Positions 13,468-25,870 of a DNA stretch of 64,000 bases are shown here, piece by piece. Below the pieces are notes generated by a model that saw nothing but the letters and a program-made list of their open reading frames with translations, was not told the origin of the DNA and did no database searches. Numbering within the stretch: the stretch's first letter is position 1; the number at the start of each line of letters is the position of its first letter. The position numbers were made by a program, and so were the translations under genes. The stretch comes from Octopus vulgaris. Its lineage: Eukaryota. The stretch lies in contig OX597826.1 in the NCBI GenBank assembly GCA_951406725.2, forward strand, positions 2,294,001 to 2,358,000, given 5' to 3'.

Positions 13468-13803
13468 CATACATGTTTTCACGGTTTTTTACCAATGTCA
13501 ATAAGTAAATTGTTATCGTATATTCCCTTGGTATTTTTCTTTCGCTCTTATTTAATTTCTTACTTAATAATATAGTTAGACAATTTCATTTTTTTTTGCA
13601 TTACAGTTTTGGCTGTATATGCCAATGTAATACTTTAAAACGCAATCTATATTATGATTTTGTTTTTCCTTCTGTTGTAGTAAATAATACATTTCTTATG
13701 TATCGATTTTCGGGTGATTTGTGCTATGGTATCTCTACCGCCTCTACTAGAGTATATTAAATCACTTCTAAATCTGTTTATCTTAACTTCTGTGTCCATG
13801 TAA

Positions 13804-13857
<54 letters not shown>

Positions 13858-13976
13858 GGTGTGTGTGGGTGTGTTTGTGTGTGTGCTTGTGCTTGTGTGT
13901 GTGTATGTGTGTGTGTTTGTGTGTGTGCTTGTGCTTGTGTGTGTGTGTGTATGTGTGTGTGCTTGTGCTTGTGTGT

Positions 13977-14031
<55 letters not shown>

Positions 14032-15707
14032 GTGTGATGTATTATAGCATTGGGGTTTCTGAAGAAAAAATAGTAACGCTACAATACAAACGTTTAGATA
14101 ATTATATTATATCAGTTTCTTTTTCAATCTGGTATGTTTTTCGATGATGTTTGCCAATTTCCCCCTTTTTTATCAAGCATCTCACAACCTAAGTTATTCT
14201 CCGCACAGAAAAATACATTCACGGCGTTGGTTGTTTTAAAATTTGAATAGGGTTTAAGTGTTTTATAAAGGCCGACGATACTCATTGTCTGCTTCTGGCT
14301 ATATTTCGAAAGATAATGCTAGTTATGAATTCTGAAGTTTTCTCAACTTTGTATTAGACTTGTTTCAAATTTTTTAAATAAATGATTCGATTACATAAGA
14401 TGTATACGAATACATCATATCTAAGGTATTCTGTGCAGAACGATATATCTTTTTAGTTGCGTTTTATTTCCAATAGCAACATCCCACAATAGCACAAATT
14501 TTTCTTCAGTTATATAATAGACGATATGTTCATTTATTGAACGACCATTTAACATATTGTTTTTAAACATAAACTAATAATTCCGATTGCATTTTGTAAG
14601 CATATTTTCATGGATTTGACTTTGTAAAAATCTTATTAATCACCGAAATACTGCAATACTACACAACGTAGTGAGTGTGGACTTAGAACAAAAACCAGTT
14701 TCGTTTACGAAGACAAATGTATCTAACTTTAGCGAAGATGAGTTTGAAAGGTCCTACACTACTTGAAGATTTCAAATAACATAACATCAGAGCGTATTAA
14801 ATCTCCGAGTTGATTTAAGTTTGCATTGATTTCTACGGAGAAAAACCTCGCATGAATAATTAAACTTATGGCGGCTTATTGCACTTGTTCGTCATAGCAG
14901 ATTAGGATTAGTAGCTCGGTAATATTTTATGCATGTGGTCTTTCAGTTTGAAGCTGGAGAATAAGCACATTCTCAGCACGACTAAAGACTGAGTGTAGGC
15001 AGCTGAATAAAGAAGTTCACGCGAAATGTAAGTGTCACTGTGAACAAGTGTGTTTCTATATAATAACACATTGGACGTTGCTAACAGAAGAATTGGTGGA
15101 ACGAAGGTGCATAAGTGCAGAGTATAAGAAATAATCAATGGAGCATACGATAGGAGATGCCACCTTAAGAAAGTGGCCTCTACCACCTTAAGACATCGTT
15201 ATGAAAGTGAACCTTTATTTGCCCGAAACAGGTGAAAGGGCCATAATTAGACATAGGCGGCATAGTGGCTTAGTGGTTAGTGTAGCGGATAAAACTGTTC
15301 ACATAATGTATTTCCACTCTCTTTGCTCAGAGTTCAAATCGTACATAATCTTCTTTGCTTGTCATTCTTTAGGGAAATACAAGAAAAAGCTACCGATCCA
15401 GGGTGGTAAAGTAGCGGAACTGTAAAAAATGTCCGACTGGACTACTTGAGTTATTTGTACTTGGTCATAACATTCAGAGTTCAAATCCCGCAATAGCCTA
15501 TTTAAAAGCTAGATTAATCTAGTGGACAGGTTTAATTACAGAAACCCGGCATCTTAGCTGTCTTAAGCGGAGTTCATTCCATTGAAGGCATTTGATTAGG
15601 CGTCCCATTTGTGTTTAACACCAGGAATCTATCACAAATGTCCTGCAAACTTGTTATAAACAATGCTCTCCCCGTCACTAAAACATAAAAAGAAAAATTA
15701 GATATCC

Positions 15708-16315
15708 TTTTCTACTCTAGGCACAAGGCCCGAAATTTTGGGGGAGGAAGCCAGTCAATTAGATCTACCCCAGTACGTAACTGGTATTTCTTTTATGGAC
15801 TCCGAAAGGCAAGGTCGACTTCAATGGAATTTGAACTCAGAACGTAATGACAGACGAAATAGAGCTAAGCATTTCGCCTAGCGTGTCAACGTTTCTTATT
15901 TCCTTATTGCCCACAAAGAGCTAAACATATAGGGGACAAACAAGGACAGACAAAGAGATTCAGTCGATTAGATCGAACCCAGGTCGTAACTGGTACTTAA
16001 TTTATCGATCTCGAAAGGACGAAAGGCAAAGTCTACCTTGGCGGAATTTGAATTCAGAACTTAACGGCAGACGAAATACCTATTTGTTTACTACCCACAA
16101 GGGGCTAAACACAGAGAGGAGTAAACAAGGAGAGGCAAACGGATTAAGTCGATTACTTCGACCCCAGTGCGTAACTGGTACTTATTTAATCGACCCCAAA
16201 AAGATGAAAGGCAAAGTCGACCTCGGCGGAATTTGAACTCAGAAGGCAGCGGCGGACAAAATACCACAAAGCATTCCGCTCGGCGTGCTAACGCTTCTGC
16301 CAGCTCACCGCCTTA
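15708..16315 (-). mobile_element. Family A SINE head-to-tail trimer
   Basis: Three cores, one full head (near 16315), junctions near 15895 and 16080; the last unit has an alternative tail. Confidence 0.88.
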
Positions 16316-17010
16316 GGAAAATAAGACATGATTATAAGCTGAAGTATATATTCATTGTTTGTAATAATTGCACGTTAGTAGAGGGTGCGACTGTATTTGA
16401 AGTTGTTGACAAAGCTTAAATACATATAGAGTATATAAACAATTACTTGGTGGGAGTGGCAGCTTTTCTTTCCATATGGGTTGGGCAGATCTTTAAGTTT
16501 TGCTATGCGGCTCAAAATGGAATAAATACAGTAAACTCTTGTCTCTAAAAGCCTTACCTCCCTTGTTATGACCAGCTGCTTCATTACAAGACTAAAGTGC
16601 TGAAGGTACATTTTAACATCAGAAAATGTTATCAGTAGGGAAATTTGCAAATACTCTTGTAAATGAATTTCTTTCTATTGTATGCAAACTTGAATTCTAA
16701 TGAAACACAAAACTCTCATCTCTTAAACAATATTACACGACTGCAGCTGATTTTCTAATCAGCAACACTCACATCTCAGAAGCCATAAGTTCTGCAAATA
16801 CACAATGATTTAGATTAGATATAAAGTGTATACAGCTAAAGATATTAATTAAAATCTTCAATATTTATTGGAGTTCTAAAATTCGCATAGTCGCTTACCG
16901 TGTGCCCCACAGTCAGTCAGCATCATCAGCGTAAGCTTCATTATTAGATATCGCATTTGAATTACACATACAGTAGAACACCAACTTATTTCTATATGAT
17001 TTCCATTGAA

Positions 17011-17425
17011 GTGGCTGCGTGGTAAGTAGCTTGCTTACCAACCACATGGTTCTGGGTTCAGTCCCACTGCGTGGCACCTTGGGCGTGTGTCTTCTTCTAT
17101 AGCCTCGGACCGACCAAAGCCTTGTGAGTGGATTTGGTAGACGGAAACTGAAAGGAGCCCGTAGTATATATGTATATATATATATATATGTATGTATGTG
17201 TATATGTTTGTGTGTTTGTGTTTCTCCCCACAACATCGCTTGACAACCGATTGTGGTGTGTTTATGACCCCGTAACTTGGCGGTTTGGTAAAAGAGACCG
17301 ATAGAGTAAGTACTAGGCCTAAAAAGAATAAGTCCCGGGGTCGATTTGCTCGACTAAAGGTGGTGCTCCAGCATGGCCACAGTCAAATAACTGAAACAAG
17401 TAAAAGAGTAAAGAGTAAAAAGAGT
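17011..17425 (+). mobile_element. Family B SINE, near full length (tRNA head, CORE-like segment, internal TA/TG microsatellite, AGTAA-repeat tail)
   Basis: GTGGCTGCGTGGTAAG A-box-like, GGTTCAGTCCC B-box-like, GCACCTTGGGC segment; multiple copies in the window. Confidence 0.85.
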
Positions 17426-17539
17426 ATAGAATTTCATTCACGCGACTTAGCTCGATTTGAGGCTGCAAATGAAAGTACGAGGCAATGGTTCGTACGCAAT
17501 GTTTCGAGTAGGAAGGGACCTTCAAAAGCGAAAGAACAT

Positions 17540-18703
17540 CCCGGGAAGATCTGCCACGGTGCATCGAGAATTCATCCCCCAGGACCCGATCGTCAATCTA
17601 GAGTTCTTTTGTGAGATCTTGAAGCGTCTGAGCGGGGTGGACATTTGGCGAAAGTGACCAGATCTTATTTCTTTACTGCCCACAAGGGACTACACACAGA
17701 GGGAACAAACAAGGAAAGGCGAACGGATTTATTCGATTATATAGACCACAGTGCGTAACTGGTACTTATTTAATCGACCCCGAAAGGAAGAAATGCAAAG
17801 TTGACCTCGGCGGAATTTGAACTCAGAACATAGCCAGACAAAATATCTATTTCTTTACTACCCACAAGGGGCTAAACACAGATATGACAAACAAGGACAG
17901 ACAAACGGATTAAGTCGATTTTATCGACCCCAGTGCGTAACTGGTACTTAATTTATCGACCCCGAAAGGATGAACGGCAAAGTCGACCTCGGCGGAATTT
18001 GAAATCAGAACGTAACTGCAGACGAAATACCGCAAGCATTTCGCCCGGTGTGCTAACGTTTCTTATTTCTTTACTGCCCACAAGGTGCTACACACGGAGG
18101 GGACAAATAAAGACACACAAACGGATTAAATCAATTATATCGACCCCAGTGCGTAACTCGTACTTATTTAATCGACTACGAAAGGATAAAAAGCAAAGTC
18201 TACCTCGGCGGAATTTGAACTCAGAACGTAGCGGCAGAAGAAATACAGCAAAGCATTTCGCCCTGCATGAAAACGTTTCTGCCAACTCGCCGACCAGATC
18301 TGTGGAGCGCAAATAATTGGATTCATCACGACAAGAATGCACCCTGTCGCTGAGCTCTCCTCACTTGTGAGTTTCTCGCCCAAAACAATATGGGATCGGT
18401 TCTGCACCAGCCCTATTCGCCAGATTAGCATCTGCAGACTTTCATCTCTTCCTCAAGATGAAAATGCAGCACAATAGTAATCGTTTTAATACTGTTGTCC
18501 AGATGAAGAGAGAATCGCAGAAGTTCCTCAACTCGCCTACGGAAAACAAATTCAAGGCCGGATTACAAAAGAGGCAGGAACTCTGGAACTGGTGTATAGC
18601 TGCGCAAGGTGACTATATCAAAGGTGATGATCTTACAACTTGGGGAAATAAGTTACTTTTATTAAGCATCACTAATCCGGGAACTCTTTGATACCACCTC
18701 GTA
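17540..18703 (+). pseudogene. Mariner transposase 3' relic with right TIR, interrupted by a SINE trimer
   Basis: VHREFIP...EILKRL, WIHHDKNAP, HQPYSPD-ASADFHLFLKMK and WCIAAQGDYIKGD; ends with TIR-like CCGGGAACTCTTTGATACCACCTCG followed by TA. Confidence 0.88.
17666..18291 (-). mobile_element. Family A SINE trimer flanked by one 10-bp TSD
   Basis: GACCAGATCT at 17656-17665 and 18292-18301; three cores in between. Confidence 0.9.
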
Positions 18704-19007
18704 TTTAAGTAGCAGTTTTGATCCAGCAGCCTCAATGTCTTCCCCATAACTTCAAACTAATTTTGATTTTTATCAAATGTAACAAAAAATTGCAACTTGT
18801 GAAACTTCACACGTAGCATGAAATAGTATAAGAATATCGTTTATCGTTTATACAGAAGTGTTACCGAGTAGGTTTTAGGATATTATTTCACATGAAATAT
18901 ATTCTCGGAAGTTATACAGATCTACAAAAAAAAAAAAGAAAGAATAAAATTTAAGATTTTTTTTAGTGAATCTAGATGCTTACGATAAATTTTCAATCCA
19001 TTATTTC

Positions 19008-19081
<74 letters not shown>

Positions 19082-19108
19082 TAATCTATCTATCTATCTA
19101 TTTATCTA

Positions 19109-19189
<81 letters not shown>

Positions 19190-20840
19190 CTGTTTCCATT
19201 ATACTCTACAATGGAAACTCGATGTAAACCGCAGCCTACGGATATATCTCCTGAGCGTGACTTTATTTACTTACCACAGGATGGAGTACCATAAATTATA
19301 ATAACCACTTTAAAATGAAGCCCTTGCCTTTACTTACCATGTCTATTACATTATCTTACTTCATTTCTATTTTACCTATTTTCTTCTATCTTATGTTAGT
19401 TTACCCTACTCTATTATTCTAACTGAATTTCCCACATGTTAGTTTCGTAACATTTGTACTTTTTGAAGAAGCCTTGAGGCTCAACCTTTATCCAATCTCT
19501 GTCCAATGTTTGATCATCCCTCTATATCGCTGCAGGGATGAGGATGACTTGGAAAATTGCGAGACATCATCGTAGAAACGGCCGTAAGTGATGTGTATCT
19601 GTACACTCATCTATTATTATTCATTCAACATATGTGAGTGTTTATGTTTGTGTGCGTAATATATTTAATTATATAATGCAGATTTTGAACTCATGGTTTG
19701 TGGGAGCGCGTAACCATCTCTTAGTCACTGTTATTGCTAACTATACTTTGACCCGGAATAGCAGCACCCTTCAGGATGGTTTATATAGGATTTAATAACT
19801 TGAGCCAGGACCAATAGCAGTAGACGCTGAGCAAATTAACAGATAGCAAACTGTCAAAGGTGGGTGGGTGGGGGGTGGGGGCTCAGTCAGCTCAGATATC
19901 GAACTACTGCAATAATCTAGATGAAATATTTCATCAAGCGAAAGACCAAAGTAGCAAAAACCAAGGCCAGATATTCATGCTTCATTGCTCGATCAGAATG
20001 TCTGGCTCGGTCAGGCTACATTGGTCCAGGCAAATCTCTCAGCCTGAATGGAAGGATATTGTTGTGACCAAACGTTTGGAATATAGGTCTATAAATTAGA
20101 ATTTTTATATTAAATGCTCAAAGTTACACTTAATTTTTTTATAGGGCTATAAGGTTTCGGTTGCAAAAAAGCCAGCGTTCGGAAAACTTACAGATTTAAT
20201 GAGCCAGCCGTCAACCGCGAGTGAGTATAGCTTTCTAACATATGCCATGATTTCGATAGTTGTTATAGGTACCTATGTGGTTGTGAATAGATATAAACAC
20301 CGTTTCGACACTCTCGTCATTTGAGCCAAGTGCACATCTAGGAAGTAACAGATGAGGTGGGATAGATAAAACTATACAAGCATTCAGCTGGTACTCATCT
20401 TTAGTGGAGTGGAGTATCGTGAAATATATTGCCTTCCTAAAAACCTTTATGTCAGTTCAGGACCTGAACCCACGCCATTATGATTGTGAGCTGAACTGCC
20501 TATTCACTGCGAAACTTCACAAGTCATTAAATTTACCATGGAAACTGCTATTATCTCTGCAGCTGTGGTTTGTTTGGTCACGCTATCTAGTGAACTGGAC
20601 CTGGATATGACTCATTTTCAATATGATTTTGGTTCTTTATTGAATGTTGCCTGGGGGAATAACAAGTAATGCAATAGGTAACCTTATCTTGAGTTAGAAG
20701 AAGCAAAAAGAATTTAGTTAATGTTACTATATTATTTCTGCTGAACAACTCAAATAAAGAGTCAAATATTTTGTCATTTTTAACACGCACACACACACAC
20801 ACAACACAAATACATACACACACACGTATATGTATACAGG

Positions 20841-20928
<88 letters not shown>

Positions 20929-23900
20929 TGTGTGTGTTTGCGTTTGTGTGTGTTTTTTGTATATGTGTATATATGTATATTTCAAATTTTTATCATGCTT
21001 TTAGAATTTTATAGAATCAGAGTCAAAGAAATATATAAAAGCTAGAAACCCGCTGTTATTATTATTTTTTTACTTCAGATTTCGTTTCTTTCTTTTGAAG
21101 CGTAGGATTTCATTGTCATTTTTGTTCCAAGAAATGCTTTTCTCTATATTGCGTTTATCTTTGTGAAACAATATTTCTGTCTTGTCAATGTGCATTCCTT
21201 GAATTACGCAACTCTGGGATTTAGCACAACAGCAGAAAATCAGATTTTATCGGATTTTGCAAGCTTTTTATTATTTTCGGTCAATCAATATATACATGTG
21301 TTGCATGCAAGTACACAAACACTTAACGCCTACATACGCACACATGCATTCATGCACATGCACACATATACGCATACAGTCACACGTACACAAATGCAGT
21401 CACATGATCTTGATACTGGTTGAGCTCTTGTCTGTTGTTGTTGTTTAGCCACAGGCCGTCGCTTATTGAGAGAATTACGTCCGAATACTTTCTCACGATA
21501 AGCATCCCATTCTTTTTTCAGTTATTACGTACATGAGACAACCTTGAGATCTTTTGCTCTTTTTAAGACTGTAGATTCTTTTTGAGAGCGATTTGGCTGT
21601 TATTTGTAGCAGTTCTGTTTAAAATGTATATTCTTCCTCGTAGACGCATCATGTATCGTTTTACACGATGATCGTTCCAGTTATTTATTGAACAGAAATA
21701 CACAAACCTTAAAAATATAAGCCACGCTTGTGGCAGTAGAGACCCCCGGCGTCATTGACCATCCGGAATACATCTCTGCCGAGATGGCTATAAGAAAGAG
21801 TGCTGTGACTAGGGGTGGCTTTTCCTGTGCGTCTCACTCACCAACCTCCGGTGCAACGCCTTCTCTGTTTTGTGTGGGGCTGACTGATCAATCTGCATTG
21901 CTATTCAGGTAAGGTTTGCACCTATCTAATACTTGTTGCAGCCATACGTGGCACTTTCTTTCAACGATCGTTGATGAATGATGAAAATAAGGAACTGTGT
22001 GTCCCATAGCAACACAAGTCTCTTCAGTTAATGCTTTGACAGAATCAGTCTTATTCTCAGTCACTATCCGGGCGTATTAACATACAGCCTATATATTACT
22101 AGGGTGTTTGTGTTTGAGTATTCCACAGACAACCTGCACTACTAACGCTAATTTCTAGCTCAATCGGCGGGAGAAAAATAATAATTTGTTAAAAATTGAT
22201 ATTCTGTCGAACACCAGCGATTACATAGCTTATCTTGGCTATTTTCACCCCGTAATTCCATGGATCAGAGACAATTTCTGTTACAATCCGAGTGCCGCTG
22301 CATCACCGGAACATCGAAAATAAGTCATGTTATAAGAGATCTTTGATAAAGTATGACTTCAAAATATTCTTTATTTGTCTATGACACAAATGCAGCCTCT
22401 TTATTTATGTAAGACATCCACGACTTCAGCCTATTCTTTATCCATTTATGCCGTACAGCTCTAACGTAATCATTATTTTAAATGACCGAATGTAACATTA
22501 GGCTCGTGTTTTTTGTAGCTTAAGCCAACGCACATAATTTCTCGAGTTAAACCGTGTTGCTATTTCATTAAACTCAAGTCAGACGACTTATGCCAGATGG
22601 CTCATGCAGATCAGTGCCTAAAGGCACTCCAACCGCGATAATCACGTCTTTTGTCGGTGATCTGTCTTCGACAAAATAGCGTACGATTGAGGAATATTTG
22701 GTTGCTCTATCTAGCAGCCGCTTACTAATAAGTCAGATCGCAGAGTTGTTAGTTTTGATTTCACGCTGGTAATTTTAAGATGCATTTATCTAACCAAGTT
22801 CTTCAGCGCATCATTCTTAGTTTCAGACATTCGGAGGAACATTTAGCTATTGCTTCTAGACGGCTAAACCTCGGTGGAAAGAATTTCTTCTCAAATTTCT
22901 TTTGTTGTTTCAAGTTATTTGCGAAGATTCTCGTATATCTACCCACAAATACTGGCGTGTTTTCATTTGCCTTATGTCAAGAACCGTTCATGGGAATTAA
23001 TATTATGATATTGCAAATAGCCCCTAAACACGCCATACCTCTTTACAAGCTCTAATGTGAAAATAATTAAAAGAGAATTAATTAATATATTGCAATTAAT
23101 TAAATTTATGTTTGTATGTTTTCATTTAATAATTAATTATTGAATATTGCTCAGATTAATTACAGCTATAGTTTAAACATTGCCTTTTAAATGTAAGTTC
23201 TAATATATCTTTGTATGTAGAAGTATGAGCATGGTTGTATGTTTCTTGTTGTTTTAGTCTCTGGCCATACATTCTGCAGCCTCTGGTTCCCAGACATTCT
23301 GATTCTTCAATCTGAAACATCTGTTCATATAACTGTGACAGCGGTTACTCTCTGGTTGGTTCGACTGTCATGTCCACTCGGATATTTTCCCTTCTTTCTC
23401 ATATCTCTTCCTCTGGTGCGTCTCATATTTTTTTCATTGATAATACAGACACCAACCACTTCGGCTAGCCCTTCTCCATCCTGTACATTTTTACTCCTCG
23501 GGGTTATTTCCGTGCACATGTTTTTCTTGCAACCGTCGTCCCTAAAGAAATAAAGGAGAGCGTTGAGCGAGCCCGCAGGGCGTGCAAAACAGCATGCATA
23601 GCAACTTGCATAGCAACGTGCAAAGCATCTGTTTCTGGATACAAACTGAAACAGAGACAAACAACAAAAAACAAAAAGAGAAAAAGCGATGAAAATTTTA
23701 TCAAAGCTTTAGAATAATCTCGGTAGAGTAAAACTCGTCATATCTCATTTTAGGCTCCATCATATAAAGGAAAAGAAAAGGAAACATATTTCATATATAC
23801 CAATTAGTAGTATTCACGGTTTTATCATTTTTATTAATTAACGATTTCAATATTAATCACCATAAAATCATAATCATTATAACATCATAAAATTAAAATA

Positions 23901-23959
23901 CAACTTAAATTAACGGGTACAATATATGTATACAAATGTTCACCAGTGTGAAATATCTG

Positions 23960-25150
23960 AATGTATGTATACATCTTGTTGTTTAGCATCATCTCTTCTC
24001 TTCCATGGATATATAGCTGACAACAAATCTCATACGAACGACTGAAATGTAATTAGTTGGCCATAGTCTATCCAGGAATATAGCACCCAATGCTCACTTT
24101 GGAGTTTCTTGCCTTGAAGTAGGTTCATCTGGGAGCCCGGGCAGCTGAGGTTAGTTTGTTTCTTAAAAACCATCTACACCCTACTCCTCAAGATATCTCA
24201 GATATTTTGGCAATAGCTGTGTATCATTGAATCGAAGCTATTTTAGTTCGCTACCTTCATTTCCGATGGTATGGGTGAAACCTTTGGAACAGCACAGTGA
24301 CGTAGATTTCGGGCGTTGGTATAACACTTGATGCCAAAGTTTGGTGTCAACCCCTCTAAACCCCTCTATGTTCATCCATATGTATATCAACCCTCATTTG
24401 TCTCATCTTCGATCCAGAGAGTAGACTCGTAGCTCTTATAGTCTCTCCCAGCTGCTCAGCTGGTCCATTGATGCGATCTTCGAGTGTAGCACCGCTGAGC
24501 GGCCCAAAGTTTCGCTATTGCTTTGACACTGTGAGGTGACCACAGTTGATAGCAGTAGTCTAGATGACTGAGGACGAATATCCTCCACAGTACCAACGTA
24601 GTTTACTTATTCTGAAAGTTCTCAGAATCCACCCGACCATTCGCCTGCACATTATCACCATGTTGATATCTATATGAAATGTTGTGTGCAGTTGCACAAA
24701 CCAATCCTCAGATTACTCTCTATTCTAGACTTTGGGACTGCCACTTCTTTTTGTCCGAAATATTCTTTTGTGCCGCAAGCTGGTGGACAAACGGAAGGCT
24801 TGAAATGTTCTGGCATTAAATTGCATGTTGTTTTCTTCAGCCATTTATGTATAGCATCTAGATTGTTCTATAGAATATTAATGTCGACTTTTTCCTTGAC
24901 TGATTTTGACTAATTTTGGCATAATTTATAATTATGGTTGTCTGTACAACTGATATATCCACAGGCGCCTCCACGACAGATTCGTGAAGCACACCACTCA
25001 CTATTACTGTCTCCTTGGAGAGAAACCCATTGCCTGCCACAATCAGAATTCTGTCTGTTAAAAAAGCATACAACCACTCTCTAAGATTTCCGATTCTGCC
25101 GAGTCTTCGTAGCTTGTGACGTATTATCTCGTAGTCTAAAAATAAAGGTC
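23960..25150 (-). mobile_element. Degenerate CR1/jockey-group LINE (RT to C-terminus)
   Basis: HKLRRLGRIGNLREWLYAFLTDR...VIVSGVLHESV (SGVPQGS motif), AEENNMQFN, RRMVGWILRTFR and GLPDEPT. Confidence 0.8.
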
Positions 25151-25218
25151 GACAAATATTGTCGCAGCTGGAATATCTTTTTTCAGAGGCAGTGCGTCCA
25201 CCTCTTTGTTGTTTTGAT

Positions 25219-25692
25219 TTGCACGAGTCTTACGAGAGTTCTCTTCGATGAATGTCCGAAGCGCTCGGTTACTTCAGTGTAGAAAAAACAAGATAAAAAT
25301 GAAACAGAAAAACAGTGTTCAAATCGAACATCAATGACATATGTTCAAAAGCTATGGAAAAACATATGACTGGGAACTGAATGAAAAGATCAAACTGGTA
25401 GTAATGTATTTGATAGTGTCATTAAACCGTATCACCACGAAACAGTGAAATGAACTCTTGCACGAGTCCTACTGGAGTTCTCTTCGATGAATGTCCGAAG
25501 CGCTCGGTATCTTTAGTATAGGAAAAAACACGACAAAACAGTAAAAGAAAAACAGTGTTCAAAGCGAATCTCGCTGGTTTGCGTTCAAAAGCTATGAAAT
25601 AACACGTGACTTGGAACCGAAAGAAAAGATCAAGATGGTAGTAATTTATTTGAATGTGTCATTAAACCACCACGAAACAGTGAAATGAACTC
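25219..25692. repeat. Diverged tandem duplication, 2 x ~238 bp
   Basis: Both units start TTGCACGAGTC...GAGTTCTCTTCGATGAATGTCCGAAGCGCTCGGT and end CACCACGAAACAGTGAAATGAACTC. Confidence 0.88.
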
Positions 25693-25805
25693 TGGCAATA
25701 TGTATTAGAGAGTAAGAGGAACAAAGAAACGATGACAGTAACAGAAATATCAAGAGCAACCACTGCCTCAACAGTGACAAATGGCGATAACACCAAGATG
25801 ACAAC

Positions 25806-25870
25806 CCACGGAAATACCCGGTGAAATGTCTCGACAGAATCGAAACACTTCACTTCGGGTATTTCCGTGG
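25806..25870. repeat. 65-nt inverted repeat / hairpin
   Basis: CCACGGAAATACCCG pairs with CGGGTATTTCCGTGG, plus an inner 14-bp stem and a 5-nt loop. Confidence 0.85.

Noticed and set aside
23325-23704. Cys-rich or signal-peptide-like short ORFs on the minus strand
   Set aside because: The Cys pattern comes from the tandem GCATAGCAAC motif; no recognisable domain or splice structure.
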